Origin: a virus
Taxonomy: Duplodnaviria > Caudoviricetes
Strand: one strand, 5' to 3'
DNA length: 42,165 nt
Virus record (IMG/VR): IMGVR_UViG_3300020045_006727
Span: 1 to 42,165 of that record
Numbering within the stretch: position 1 is the first letter of the stretch; each line of letters opens with the position of its first letter. The notes under the pieces were generated by a model. The model was not told where the DNA came from. It did no database searches and saw only the letters and a list, made by a program, of their open reading frames with translations. Positions 16,440 to 25,809 of the stretch are shown in pieces. The translations under genes were made by a program, and so were the position numbers.

Positions 16440-17590
16440 AATATAAAGTATCTTACGGTGGCGCACTCATAGGAAAACAAGAAAAACAGGCCATCATGCG
16501 TATCGTCAATAGCAACTGGTGGCCCCTTTCCAAGGAAGGTGCTTTAATGGAAAAAGAAGCGTCTAAATACCTTGGAGTTAAATATGGGATATTGGCAAAT
16601 AGTGGCAGTTCTGCTGGTTTACTTGCTCTTACTGCTCTTGAACTACCGCGAGGGTCAGAAGTACTCATCCCCGCAGTTACGTTCCCTACTATTTTTAACA
16701 TCATCCTTCAGTGTGGCCTTGTTCCTGTGGTGGTTGATTCTAAGATAGGCACCTACAATCTCGACCCGAAAGAACTAGAACAAGCAATTACTAAAAAAAC
16801 GAAGGCTATTATTGCAGTCCATGCCGTGGGAAACCCCTGCGACATGGTGGCAATTATGAAGATAGCTAAGAAACATAAACTCTATGTTATTGAAGATAAC
16901 TGTGATGGATGGGGCGGTAATATCGGTAGGAAAAAGGTCGGTTCATTCGGCCACATCTCATTCACCTCATTTCATGCTGCACACATTGTTGCCATGGGTC
17001 AAGGTGGTGGAGTATTTACGAACGATAGAGAACTCGCCCGTCGTGTGCGAATGTACCGAGACTGGGGACGACAAAGCGACATCCCCCGTCGCACGAACGG
17101 TAAAAAGTGGCCGACGCTCCCTGAAGACTACGACGCGCGGTTCATCTACGAAAAAATCGGTTACAATCTCTCCCCGCTCGAACTCCAAGCAGCGATGGGG
17201 CGTGTCCAGCTCAAAAAGACTGAAAAAATAAAGCGACTACGCAAACGCAACTTTCACTATCTCTACAAACACCTCTCTAAATTTGACGACCTCATCATGC
17301 CAGAATGGATTGAAGGTGCTGACCCGTCGTGGTTTTCATTTCCACTCTCTACTGTTGGTGAGCGCGGGCCACTCGTCGCACATCTTGAAAAGAACGGTAT
17401 CGAGACTCGCTCCATGTTTGCCGGTAACATACTGGAGCATCCGGCCTATAAGGGCATGAAGGTAAAGAGCTTTGTCGAAGAAGCGGACTGGATACTCAGA
17501 CACTCGTTTTGGGTGTCGTGTCACCCGCGCTATTCGACCAAGGACCTGGATTACATGCTGAACGTGTTTGACGACTACTACAATGCTTAA
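16436..17590 (+). CDS. DegT/DnrJ-fold, His-type NDP-4-keto-6-deoxyhexose 3-dehydrase (RfbH/E1- or ColD-like)
   Basis: NSGSSA, EDNCD, SFHAAH (His at the Lys position), RDWGR, GYNL.P.ELQAAMG, FAGNI..HPAY. Confidence 0.85.
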   Translation: MKYKVSYGGALIGKQEKQAIMRIVNSNWWPLSKEGALMEKEASKYLGVKYGILANSGSSAGLLALTALELPRGSEVLIPAVTFPTIFNIILQCGLVPVVVDSKIGTYNLDPKELEQAITKKTKAIIAVHAVGNPCDMVAIMKIAKKHKLYVIEDNCDGWGGNIGRKKVGSFGHISFTSFHAAHIVAMGQGGGVFTNDRELARRVRMYRDWGRQSDIPRRTNGKKWPTLPEDYDARFIYEKIGYNLSPLELQAAMGRVQLKKTEKIKRLRKRNFHYLYKHLSKFDDLIMPEWIEGADPSWFSFPLSTVGERGPLVAHLEKNGIETRSMFAGNILEHPAYKGMKVKSFVEEADWILRHSFWVSCHPRYSTKDLDYMLNVFDDYYNA

Positions 17591-18164
17591 ACTCCCCGAA
17601 GTTACGCTCGTGTGCATCACTAACAAAGACTTTGAGAGTCATAAAAAAGCGTTAGATAAATCGTCAGAGGGTATCGAGTGGGGCGCACGCAAGATAATTT
17701 GGGACGAGGGAATAACAGGAATTTCAAACTGGAACGAGAAGGTGATACAAGACTTATATAAATATGTTGATACTACCCACATGCTCTTATACCATCAAGA
17801 TGGGTACGTGATTAACCCTGAACTTTGGGACGACTCATGGTTAGAACTGGATTACATTGGCAGTCCTTGGCCGCTGCCTACAGACAGTTATTCGTATAGG
17901 ACTCCTTCTGGAAAATTAATTCGTGTAGGGAACAGCGTCTCACTAAGAAGTAAGAAACTTATGGAACTTGTATCAACAAGACCAATCGAACTCCACTACG
18001 GTAATAATAATGAAGATGGACAGATATGTGTGTGGGAAAGAGATTGGCTAGAATCGCAGGGATGTAAGTTTGCAACTTTTGAACAAGCACTGAAGTTCGG
18101 TAAAGAAGCTCCGTTGCCAGAAAATATAGGTTTGAAAACCTTTGTATTCCATGAGTTTAATTGA
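17583..18164 (+). CDS. DUF5672-like putative glycosyltransferase
   Basis: HMLLYHQDGYVINP..W...LDYIGSPW, VGN..SLRSK, NED. Confidence 0.75.
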   Translation: MLKLPEVTLVCITNKDFESHKKALDKSSEGIEWGARKIIWDEGITGISNWNEKVIQDLYKYVDTTHMLLYHQDGYVINPELWDDSWLELDYIGSPWPLPTDSYSYRTPSGKLIRVGNSVSLRSKKLMELVSTRPIELHYGNNNEDGQICVWERDWLESQGCKFATFEQALKFGKEAPLPENIGLKTFVFHEFN

Positions 18165-18177
18165 TACAATAGGTTCA

Positions 18178-18627
18178 ATGGAAATTAGTTTAACGCAGGG
18201 TAAGGTAACTTTGATTGACGATGAAGATGTAGGACGTGTTTCTAAGCATAAATGGTGCTATGACAGTAGTAACGGTTATCCGGTCAGTAGAATTGGTGGA
18301 AATCGAGTACGTCTACATAGATTTATACTCAACAATCCTACTTCAAAGTATGTTGACCATATGAATAGAGACAAACTTGATAACAGAAAAGAAAATTTAA
18401 GACTGTGTAATGCTTCTCAAAATGTGAGAAATAGAGGGGTAAATAAAAATAATACCTCTGGTTATAAAGGTGTCATTAAATTTAAAAGTAAGTGGAGGGC
18501 GCAATTCTCACTCAACTATAAATTCTATGATTTAGGTCTGTATAATACAGCACAAGAAGCTGCGGTTGCCTACAATAAAAAAGTAGAAGAAGTTCACGGT
18601 AGTTTTGCCTACTTCAACAAACTATGA
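18178..18627 (+). CDS. HNH-AP2 homing endonuclease
   Basis: LTQGK...IDDED, VDHMNRDKLDNRKENLR, SGYKGV, AAVAYN...FAYFN. Confidence 0.92.
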   Translation: MEISLTQGKVTLIDDEDVGRVSKHKWCYDSSNGYPVSRIGGNRVRLHRFILNNPTSKYVDHMNRDKLDNRKENLRLCNASQNVRNRGVNKNNTSGYKGVIKFKSKWRAQFSLNYKFYDLGLYNTAQEAAVAYNKKVEEVHGSFAYFNKL

Positions 18628-19442
18628 TAGCGGGCATTTTCCACGAGGGTTCAGGAATTGGCGATCAGCTCTTTCGGTATATCACTGTACGAACTCTCGC
18701 GGAAGAAAAGGGCTTTGAGTGGGCTATGGTAAACAAGGAAAACTTTAAAGGTGAATCTTTTTTGAAGACAGACCTTTCATCAAAGATTTTTCTATGGGAA
18801 GACAACGTGAGGGTGATGGAAAAACCAACGTTATTTAATGAAAAAGACGTTAGAGACGCACAAGGTAATGACATCCGCTCCTACGACCCTGAGATTAACT
18901 TTGTCGGAGACAACACTGTCGTCGACGGTTCATTTGAAGATGATAAGTACTGGGGACACAACTTAGAGAATATAAACAAGTGGCTTGCGGTTGAGCCATT
19001 GGACATACCCGATGACATGTGTGTCGTAGGGTTTAGGGGTGAGGAATATACGACGCAATCAGACCTGTATTTACCGTATACATACTGGTTAAAAGCATAT
19101 CGATCTATCAAAGGTAAAGGGGCGCGGCAATTTGAAGTTCATACAGACGATCCAGAAAGTGCTCGTGTAATGTTGTTCCCTAGGTTTATGAGTGAATTCA
19201 AAATTATAGAAAATGAACCTATCTCACACTCAAAGCACACCAACATGGGATTTAACTGGAGATCGGCCCGATATGCAAAGTACGCTATTATACCCAATAG
19301 CGCATTCTTTATTCTGCCTCGCCTTCTCAAACACTTCGAAGACCCGACAGCGGTCACTATCGCGCCTCGGTACTGGGCTCGATACAACACCGGTGTATGG
19401 GCTCGACCAGCGTGTTATTACAAACAATTTACCTATATATGA
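18624..19442 (+). CDS. Divergent GT11-like glycosyltransferase
   Basis: GSGIGDQLF, GFRG.EY, IIPNSAF, IAPRYW. Confidence 0.7.
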   Translation: MIAGIFHEGSGIGDQLFRYITVRTLAEEKGFEWAMVNKENFKGESFLKTDLSSKIFLWEDNVRVMEKPTLFNEKDVRDAQGNDIRSYDPEINFVGDNTVVDGSFEDDKYWGHNLENINKWLAVEPLDIPDDMCVVGFRGEEYTTQSDLYLPYTYWLKAYRSIKGKGARQFEVHTDDPESARVMLFPRFMSEFKIIENEPISHSKHTNMGFNWRSARYAKYAIIPNSAFFILPRLLKHFEDPTAVTIAPRYWARYNTGVWARPACYYKQFTYI

Positions 19443-19708
19443 AACACTTGCATTACCAGTTTGTGGCTTATGTAGAAAAAGAAGGCAGAGAATTTATTGG
19501 AGGAACTCTAATAGATGTACTTGATTGTGCTAATGAAGAGGAGGCACTTGAAAAGGTTAAAACAGTTCTTCAGCGCCCTCTGTACCATTTGATGAAAGTT
19601 TGGGAGTGTTCGACCTGCTCTACTCAACAAGAACAATTAGCGAATAGTCGTTACCTTACTACACTTTTAGGTAAGCATTTGAAAAACGATGAAAGCAACT
19701 CTGATTAA
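19439..19708 (+). CDS. Hypothetical protein
   Basis: ATGA-coupled inside the glycan operon. Confidence 0.55.
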   Translation: MKHLHYQFVAYVEKEGREFIGGTLIDVLDCANEEEALEKVKTVLQRPLYHLMKVWECSTCSTQQEQLANSRYLTTLLGKHLKNDESNSD

Positions 19709-20321
19709 TTACAATCACGACCCACAAGACTGGTGGCTTGAGTATGGTTTTAAACCAGAAGACGTAACACTCTATGACCGCTCTGACGACGGTGAGTTTC
19801 GTATCTTTGCGGCGCGAACGTACCGAACCAAAAACTGGGGTGATGTAGATTTTGACAAACTCTCGTACCTTATTGAGAATTACGACAATCTCCCTGAAGT
19901 GTTTTTGTGGGCCAAGTCAAACATATTTAAGTCGGTAGAATCTGAGTACCTAAAGGAGAAACTTGTTGAAGGGCAGTTCGCACCACTCCTCAAATTCGAC
20001 CACAAAACATACTCAGACCAATTCGGTGTAGTGAATCGATACGCAGGGCCTATATACGAAGAACGGGCAGATTCGTGGTTCTTTAACAATCCGGCACTGT
20101 CTCGCAAATTCTTAAGTTGGCAACAGTGGGCAACGTACCTAGGACTTCCATTAACCGAGTTTATTCCATTTGCTCCGGGCGGTAATTATATCCTCACTCG
20201 AGAGCGTGTTCACCGCTACAGCCGTGATTTCTATGAGAAAATGAGAGATACCCTCCCCTACGCCATGCACCCAGCGGAGGCACATGCCTGTGAGAGGAGC
20301 TACTATTTACTATGGCGGTAA
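19689..20321 (+). CDS. DUF3431-like putative glycosyltransferase
   Basis: YLIENYDNLPE..., FAPGGNYILTRERV.....FY, H..ER...LW. Confidence 0.7.
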   Translation: MKATLINYNHDPQDWWLEYGFKPEDVTLYDRSDDGEFRIFAARTYRTKNWGDVDFDKLSYLIENYDNLPEVFLWAKSNIFKSVESEYLKEKLVEGQFAPLLKFDHKTYSDQFGVVNRYAGPIYEERADSWFFNNPALSRKFLSWQQWATYLGLPLTEFIPFAPGGNYILTRERVHRYSRDFYEKMRDTLPYAMHPAEAHACERSYYLLWR

Positions 20322-21103
20322 CCTCAATCTTTACGTTCAACGGAGAGAATAAGATGCTCCAACTCCACTTGGCCATACTCTATCCCTACGTTGATAAGTT
20401 CATTATAGTCGAGGCTAACAAAACATTTACCGGGAATGACAAGCCAATGTATTTCTCAAGGGATGGGCGGTTCTTTAAAGACTGGTTCAAGAAAATAGAG
20501 TACTACCCTATGACTGATTGGGATGACCCGGTGATATGGGAAATGGCTATTAAAAGCCCCAACACTGTTGGTGCACCACACTGGAAGCGTGAGTTCTATA
20601 TCAAGGAAAGCATCATGAAAGCTATCGAACAGCAGAAACCAGACGACGAGGACTTGTTCTTTATCGGTGATGTTGACGAAATTATTGACCCAACCGTTGA
20701 ATTCATCAGTGATACCCCTGTCAAAGCTAAACTGCGCGTCTATTCGTACTACCTCAACAACCGCTCAACAGAGCCATTTCACGGTACCCTCATCGCACAG
20801 TACAAAGATATCAAAGGAAAGTGCCTTAACCACTTGCGGAGTGATAAGAAACTTTACTCAAAAGGACCATACCTAGGGTGGCATTTCACTAACATGGGAG
20901 GGCAAGATGAAATCCGTCGCAAACTCAATGACAGCTATACGGAAGAAAGCTATAATACATTTGAGGTACAGCAACAACTCCCCGAACGTATGAAGGACAA
21001 TGTAGACTACCTGGGCCGTGACTTCACCTTCTCACTTGATGAGAGTGAGTGGCCGCAGTATCTCAAAGATAACCGCGAACAATTTGAACGCCTATGCAAG
21101 TGA
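20312..21103 (+). CDS. GT17 (MGAT3/GnT-III-like beta-1,4-GlcNAc transferase) family protein
   Basis: FNGE..ML..., VDKFIIVEANKTFTG..KP, GDVDEI, GWHFT.MGG. Confidence 0.85.
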   Translation: MAVTSIFTFNGENKMLQLHLAILYPYVDKFIIVEANKTFTGNDKPMYFSRDGRFFKDWFKKIEYYPMTDWDDPVIWEMAIKSPNTVGAPHWKREFYIKESIMKAIEQQKPDDEDLFFIGDVDEIIDPTVEFISDTPVKAKLRVYSYYLNNRSTEPFHGTLIAQYKDIKGKCLNHLRSDKKLYSKGPYLGWHFTNMGGQDEIRRKLNDSYTEESYNTFEVQQQLPERMKDNVDYLGRDFTFSLDESEWPQYLKDNREQFERLCK

Positions 21104-21187
21104 AGGTTAGAGGAAGAATATATGGCCCCGTTTCCCCGTCACATCCATGGAAGCGTCCTCACAACTTAGCGCTATCAAAAAAGACTA

Positions 21188-21216
21188 TTGACAATTCAAT
21201 AAAGAGTGGGTACAAA
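21188..21216 (+). promoter_or_regulatory. sigma70-like promoter for terS (probably leaderless)
   Basis: TTGACA-17-TACAAA, with ATG 7 nt downstream. Confidence 0.6.
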
Positions 21217-21223
21217 GAGATAT

Positions 21224-21514
21224 ATGGAAAATGACACAGGGGAACAGTCAGAAAACAGGCCAGGGAAGACTGACCATCTAAAACCATGGCAGTATAAGAA
21301 AGGACAATCAGGGAATCCGAGTGGACGACCTGAGGGTATCTCTTTGAAAGAATATGTACGCAAGAACTTCCGCCATATGTCTGACGAAGAACGAGAAGAG
21401 TTCCTAGAAGGCATAGACAAACGCACAATATGGGAGATGGCAGAGGACAAAGCTAAACAAGGGGTGGAGGGTGAAATAGATGTCAAACAACACATTATTG
21501 CCGCAGACGAGTAA
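21224..21514 (+). CDS. terS: Terminase small subunit (DUF5681-like)
   Basis: LKPWQYKKGQSGNPSGRP; directly upstream of terL. Confidence 0.75.
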   Translation: MENDTGEQSENRPGKTDHLKPWQYKKGQSGNPSGRPEGISLKEYVRKNFRHMSDEEREEFLEGIDKRTIWEMAEDKAKQGVEGEIDVKQHIIAADE

Positions 21515-22874
21515 CGAGGAGATTATAAAGTTCTCAGAACTCAGTGGATTCTTTCCTAAACAAATAGAGGCACTGAACGCGTCAAAGCGTTTTAAATTTA
21601 CGTTATTCGGAGGGAGTGTAGGGAGTGGTAAGTCACGGTGGCTGCGCTGGATGATGGTGTACTGGCTCATTAAGTACTACGCCAAGTACAACATTAAAGG
21701 AATCCGTGCAGGACTTTTTTGTGAGGACTATCCCTCACTGAACGACAGACACTTAACCAAGATACGGTTCGAGTTCCCTGACTGGCTTGGAACGTACAAT
21801 GAAAGCAAGAAAGAGTTCACACTCAAGCCAGAGTACGGCAGTGGCATTATTGCCTTTCGTAACTTAGACGAACCAGAGAAATACCTTTCTGTTGAGTTCG
21901 CCATCATGGGCGTGGATGAGATAAATAGGAACCCTAAGACCACATTTGACATGCTCCGCTCTCGTCTCCGCTGGCCCGGCATACGAGACACTAAATTCCT
22001 TGCAGGCTGCAATCCACTTGGTGAAGCATGGGTCAAGAACATATGGGTAAAACGGCTCTTTCCACCAGAAGAAAAAGAACAATACGAGTTTGTATTCGTA
22101 CCCGCATTGCCGACAGACAACCCACACCTTCCGCAAGAATATTACAAGTCGCTTGAGTCACTTCCTGAAGTACAGCGCAAAGCATATCTCGAAGGGAACT
22201 GGGACGCGTTTGATGAAGGTATGGACGAGAAAGGATACTTACGCCTCGTCACTGACCGTGAGTTACAAGCAGCCACGGTGAGTACCGGAATTCACTCAGG
22301 CTATAAAATACTCGGTATTGACCCGGCGGCTGGAGGAGACAAATCAGCTATAGTATTAAAGTCAGCCAACTACCAACAAATACTCTTTAATCAAAAGCTT
22401 CAGGATACGATGCAGCTCGTAAATGAAGCGTCCGAACTGTATCGCGACCACCAGTGTGATTTTATTTGCATCGACAAAACCGGCATTGGACAGGGTGTGT
22501 ATGACAGACTCAAAGAAATGGGGCTGCCTGTTCGCGGTGTGTCATTCGGTGAAAAGAGTGAGGACGACATGTTTGCTAATCTTAAAGCAGAGTGGCATTG
22601 GCGAGAGCGTCAGTGGCTCCTCTCCGGAGGGCGGCTTATACAAGACCACGGATGGAATGAGTTTGAAATTGTAAAATACAAGAATAAGGACGGGAGAATT
22701 ATCATTCAACCGAAAGAGGAGCTATTTCGAGAAGGCATGTTATCCCCCAACTGTGTAGATGCAGCAGTACTCACCCAGTGTATTTCGGATACGACTATAA
22801 AGAATGCGAGAATCTATAAAGCGGGCGGTAATGTATTCCGCGACGACACCATAAAGATATGGAGAGGCGAATAA
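21480..22874 (+). CDS. terL: Terminase large subunit
   Basis: Walker A GGSVGSGKS, Walker B GVDE, CNP, DNPHL, and nuclease GIDPA / IDKTGIGQGV / SPNCVDA. Confidence 0.93.
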   Translation: MSNNTLLPQTSNEEIIKFSELSGFFPKQIEALNASKRFKFTLFGGSVGSGKSRWLRWMMVYWLIKYYAKYNIKGIRAGLFCEDYPSLNDRHLTKIRFEFPDWLGTYNESKKEFTLKPEYGSGIIAFRNLDEPEKYLSVEFAIMGVDEINRNPKTTFDMLRSRLRWPGIRDTKFLAGCNPLGEAWVKNIWVKRLFPPEEKEQYEFVFVPALPTDNPHLPQEYYKSLESLPEVQRKAYLEGNWDAFDEGMDEKGYLRLVTDRELQAATVSTGIHSGYKILGIDPAAGGDKSAIVLKSANYQQILFNQKLQDTMQLVNEASELYRDHQCDFICIDKTGIGQGVYDRLKEMGLPVRGVSFGEKSEDDMFANLKAEWHWRERQWLLSGGRLIQDHGWNEFEIVKYKNKDGRIIIQPKEELFREGMLSPNCVDAAVLTQCISDTTIKNARIYKAGGNVFRDDTIKIWRGE

Positions 22875-23326
22875 GTAAAAAAGCAATTGAAAGGTTCGAG
22901 TCGAAAATAACAAAAACTGATTCGTGTTGGTTGTACGGTGGATATAAGACTGGCTCAATGGGATACGGATATATGAGAGTAGGTAACAAGTACCAATACG
23001 CACATCGTGTTTCATATCAAATCTATAAAGGACGTATCCCGAAAGGGGAGTTTGTATGTCATTCATGTGATGTCCCTTTGTGTGTCAACCCAGAACATCT
23101 ATGGACTGGAAGCGCAAAGGACAATAAACGTGACTCTGTTTCTAAAGGTCGTTCACCAGGCATGAAGGGGAACAATAATCCGAATAGACGGATAACTTCA
23201 CTTGACGTTTTTTACATTAGAGAACTTTATGCCTCCGGTGACTACTCCCACAAAGAGCTTGCAGAACACTACGATATATCTCATACCACGATACGTTCTA
23301 TCGTCAACAGAATTCTTTGGAAGTGA
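22859..23326 (+). CDS. HNH endonuclease with C-terminal HTH
   Basis: CWL, GYG, AHRVSY, VCHSCDVPLCVNPEHL..G...DN, ELAEHYDISHTTIRSI. Confidence 0.92.
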   Translation: MERRISKKAIERFESKITKTDSCWLYGGYKTGSMGYGYMRVGNKYQYAHRVSYQIYKGRIPKGEFVCHSCDVPLCVNPEHLWTGSAKDNKRDSVSKGRSPGMKGNNNPNRRITSLDVFYIRELYASGDYSHKELAEHYDISHTTIRSIVNRILWK

Positions 23327-23337
23327 ATAACTCACTG

Positions 23338-23366
23338 TTGACATACATAATTCATGCAATCACCAT
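23338..23366 (+). promoter_or_regulatory. Putative promoter of the virion operon (leaderless)
   Basis: TTGACA-17-CACCAT (weak -10), ATG 6 nt downstream; preceded by DnaA-box-like agtgaataa. Confidence 0.45.
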
Positions 23367-23372
23367 AAGAGT

Positions 23373-23846
23373 ATGGCTCGTTCTAAAAAAACTTTAGAAG
23401 TACAGAAATTCGGTGGCGTAGACGACCACGGGTCATTGCGTGAGGAAGGAATACAACAGTTTGAATCCGGCATGACCGGTGAAAAGTCTCTTCATGCTAA
23501 CGTCAACTACGACGTCAAGAGCATTGAGACTGAGTCTCAGACCAAGCTTGAACACGACGAGGGGTATGGAAACGCGGTCATCATTCGTGCCTTCGAGTTT
23601 GGTGTTAACCCTGAAGCATTCAAACAACATAAGCCTACCAAGCAAGAGCTATTCAACTCACACTACCGTGGTATCGAAGTTGCTCTATGGAAAGATGGTA
23701 TGAAAGTGATGCCTGACGTAAACCCCCGTATCACCCTCGCCCCTGAAGGGAACAAGTACACAATCTTTGTCGGCGCAGTGCCGGCTAAGGGTCACCTCTT
23801 ACGAGAAGAACCAAAAACACTCAGTCAAATAGTCCATGGCAGATAA
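23373..23846 (+). CDS. Hypothetical protein
   Basis: ATG ORF overlapping the portal start. Confidence 0.7.
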   Translation: MARSKKTLEVQKFGGVDDHGSLREEGIQQFESGMTGEKSLHANVNYDVKSIETESQTKLEHDEGYGNAVIIRAFEFGVNPEAFKQHKPTKQELFNSHYRGIEVALWKDGMKVMPDVNPRITLAPEGNKYTIFVGAVPAKGHLLREEPKTLSQIVHGR

Positions 23847-25806
23847 AACCTACGCAACATACAGCGACTTCCCTACCGACACACGGGACATTTGGAGTAA
23901 GTACAGCGAGTCGATGGAGTTTTTGCAGTCCAGAAAGCGTCGACAAGCAAACCAAATAGTCCTTTTAAACAACCTCCAGCGAGGGGACGAGAACATATCG
24001 TCTACCCTTCTTTTGACCCTGTTCAACCGCATCATGTCGAACCTGTACGACGACAAAATGCAGGTTAAGTTCGTACCAGGGGAGGAGATGGACAATAAGA
24101 AAGTAGCAAGCCTCAACATCCTTGCTCAGAACGACTACCGTGAGATGGACATGGCTCGACTCGACTACGACTGGACGTGGGACACGCTTTTTTTCGGGCG
24201 TGGGTACATGGAGACACTACGGTTCGACAAGGCACGGAAGATTATGCAGCCACATGTCATCAACCCGCTTGCGTTTGGGTATGACCCCTATTTTGCTAAC
24301 CCACAAGAATGGCGGTACTACTGGAAATGGATTACTAAGTCATCGCACGAAATAAACCAGCTTATCAAAGCAGGGATTATAACCACGGTAAAAGATGCGT
24401 CTGAGGTCCCCTCAGGCATGGAAAAGTACCTATGGAACTACAAGATTATTCGTGAGCGAGCAAAGTACGTCACGCCACAGGCCGACGACTCGTACCAAGG
24501 CGACATCCATCAAATTCTTGAGTACTTTGGCTACGACCAAGACGGCGACAAGTGTGTGTACTGGCTCGATAAAGACTTTTCTAAGATACTCTATCATTCG
24601 AAACTTAACCTCAATGACGGGGAGAACATCCTTGGCCCTGGTGGAGAGACGGTTAAGACTAACTCAAAGTGGCCTATTGTAGTCAAAGAGGCATTTCGTG
24701 AACCACATGCGTCAGTGGTATTTTCAGTCGCCGATCTCTTGGAAGACAAGCACCGCGCACGCTCAGTACTTCTCAACCTTGCATTCTTGGCAGCAAAAGA
24801 TAAGGCAAACCCGCTCTACCAGTACAACCCTGACAAAGTGAAGGACGTCACGCAACTATTCTCACGTCAAATCTACCAACACATCCCTGTAGAGAGTGTG
24901 ACCGACTCCATTGCGCCTCTCAATACCGACCCGGCCCTCGATCCATCGCTCCAAGCGTTCATGAACATGCTGAATCAAGAGGCATCAGACCCTGTGGGAA
25001 CAGGCATGGCACCTGAGCAACAGCAGCAAGGCAAACAAACAGCTACGGAAGCGGCTATCCAGCAACAGCTCAATGACCTTGCGCAGTCACTCCAATCAAA
25101 GGTTATGCAATTCGGAGCAGCAGAGTTTTGGTCACATTGGTACCAGCGGTACGTCAACAATACCAAGGCAGGTGATGAGAAGATTGCAACCATTGTAGGC
25201 GTAAAAGGTGTGTCATTTGAGAAGATTGACCTCGGGGACATTAAGACAAAGTTTCCACCAGGGGTTCTTGTTTTCTCAGCAAAAGAGGCTGAGTACAAGG
25301 AACTCGTCGAACGTCGTGACCTCATGCAGCTTATGCCCGACCTTCAAGCGACCCTCACACCTGACGGGATGCGTAACTTTCACAAGTACGTGTTCTTCCC
25401 TAAGTTTCAGTCACTTGACCCACAAACCATCGACATTCTCCTCCCTGATACCCTTGACGAAGTTAAAGCAGGCCAAGAGAATGAACGTATAGGGGAGAAT
25501 GAGATGCCCCAGGTGCTACCAACGGATAACCACGAACAGCACCTCGCCGTTCATTACCAGTCGAAGAACAGTTGGGCCAAGTGGGTACACATTCGGTGGC
25601 ATGAGGAACTTCTCTCCCAGCAGAAAATGCAAATGATGCAGCAAGCGCAGATGCAGATGCAGGGACAGATGCAAGAAGGCCAAGTACCACCAGAACCTAC
25701 CCAGCCAGAGCCCGGTGTCGCTAATCAAAATCCTCTACAAGCTGCTGCCTCGTTGAGGAAAGAAACACAAACCAGTATTCAGCAGCAACAGTTACAAAAT
25801 ATATAA
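23836..25806 (+). CDS. Portal protein (P22-like)
   Basis: 656 aa after terL; TATEAAI motif, Q/M-rich tail, DNHEQHL..H. Confidence 0.8.
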   Translation: MADKTYATYSDFPTDTRDIWSKYSESMEFLQSRKRRQANQIVLLNNLQRGDENISSTLLLTLFNRIMSNLYDDKMQVKFVPGEEMDNKKVASLNILAQNDYREMDMARLDYDWTWDTLFFGRGYMETLRFDKARKIMQPHVINPLAFGYDPYFANPQEWRYYWKWITKSSHEINQLIKAGIITTVKDASEVPSGMEKYLWNYKIIRERAKYVTPQADDSYQGDIHQILEYFGYDQDGDKCVYWLDKDFSKILYHSKLNLNDGENILGPGGETVKTNSKWPIVVKEAFREPHASVVFSVADLLEDKHRARSVLLNLAFLAAKDKANPLYQYNPDKVKDVTQLFSRQIYQHIPVESVTDSIAPLNTDPALDPSLQAFMNMLNQEASDPVGTGMAPEQQQQGKQTATEAAIQQQLNDLAQSLQSKVMQFGAAEFWSHWYQRYVNNTKAGDEKIATIVGVKGVSFEKIDLGDIKTKFPPGVLVFSAKEAEYKELVERRDLMQLMPDLQATLTPDGMRNFHKYVFFPKFQSLDPQTIDILLPDTLDEVKAGQENERIGENEMPQVLPTDNHEQHLAVHYQSKNSWAKWVHIRWHEELLSQQKMQMMQQAQMQMQGQMQEGQVPPEPTQPEPGVANQNPLQAAASLRKETQTSIQQQQLQNI

Positions 25807-25809
25807 CAT

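Noticed and set aside
11462-21103. DNA hypermodification or O-antigen serotype-conversion role for the GT cluster
   Set aside because: No hydroxymethylase, TET/JBP or phage polymerase, and no GtrA/B, Wzx, Wzy or membrane GT. These roles are disfavoured but not excluded.
18142-23326. Group I introns or inteins hosting the HNH genes
   Set aside because: The flanking genes appear complete and are translationally coupled to the HNH ORFs, leaving no room for intron core sequence; TerL shows no intein-sized insertion.
25615-25680. CAG/ATG microsatellite-like repeat
   Set aside because: It encodes the Q/M-rich tail commonly seen in P22-like portal proteins.
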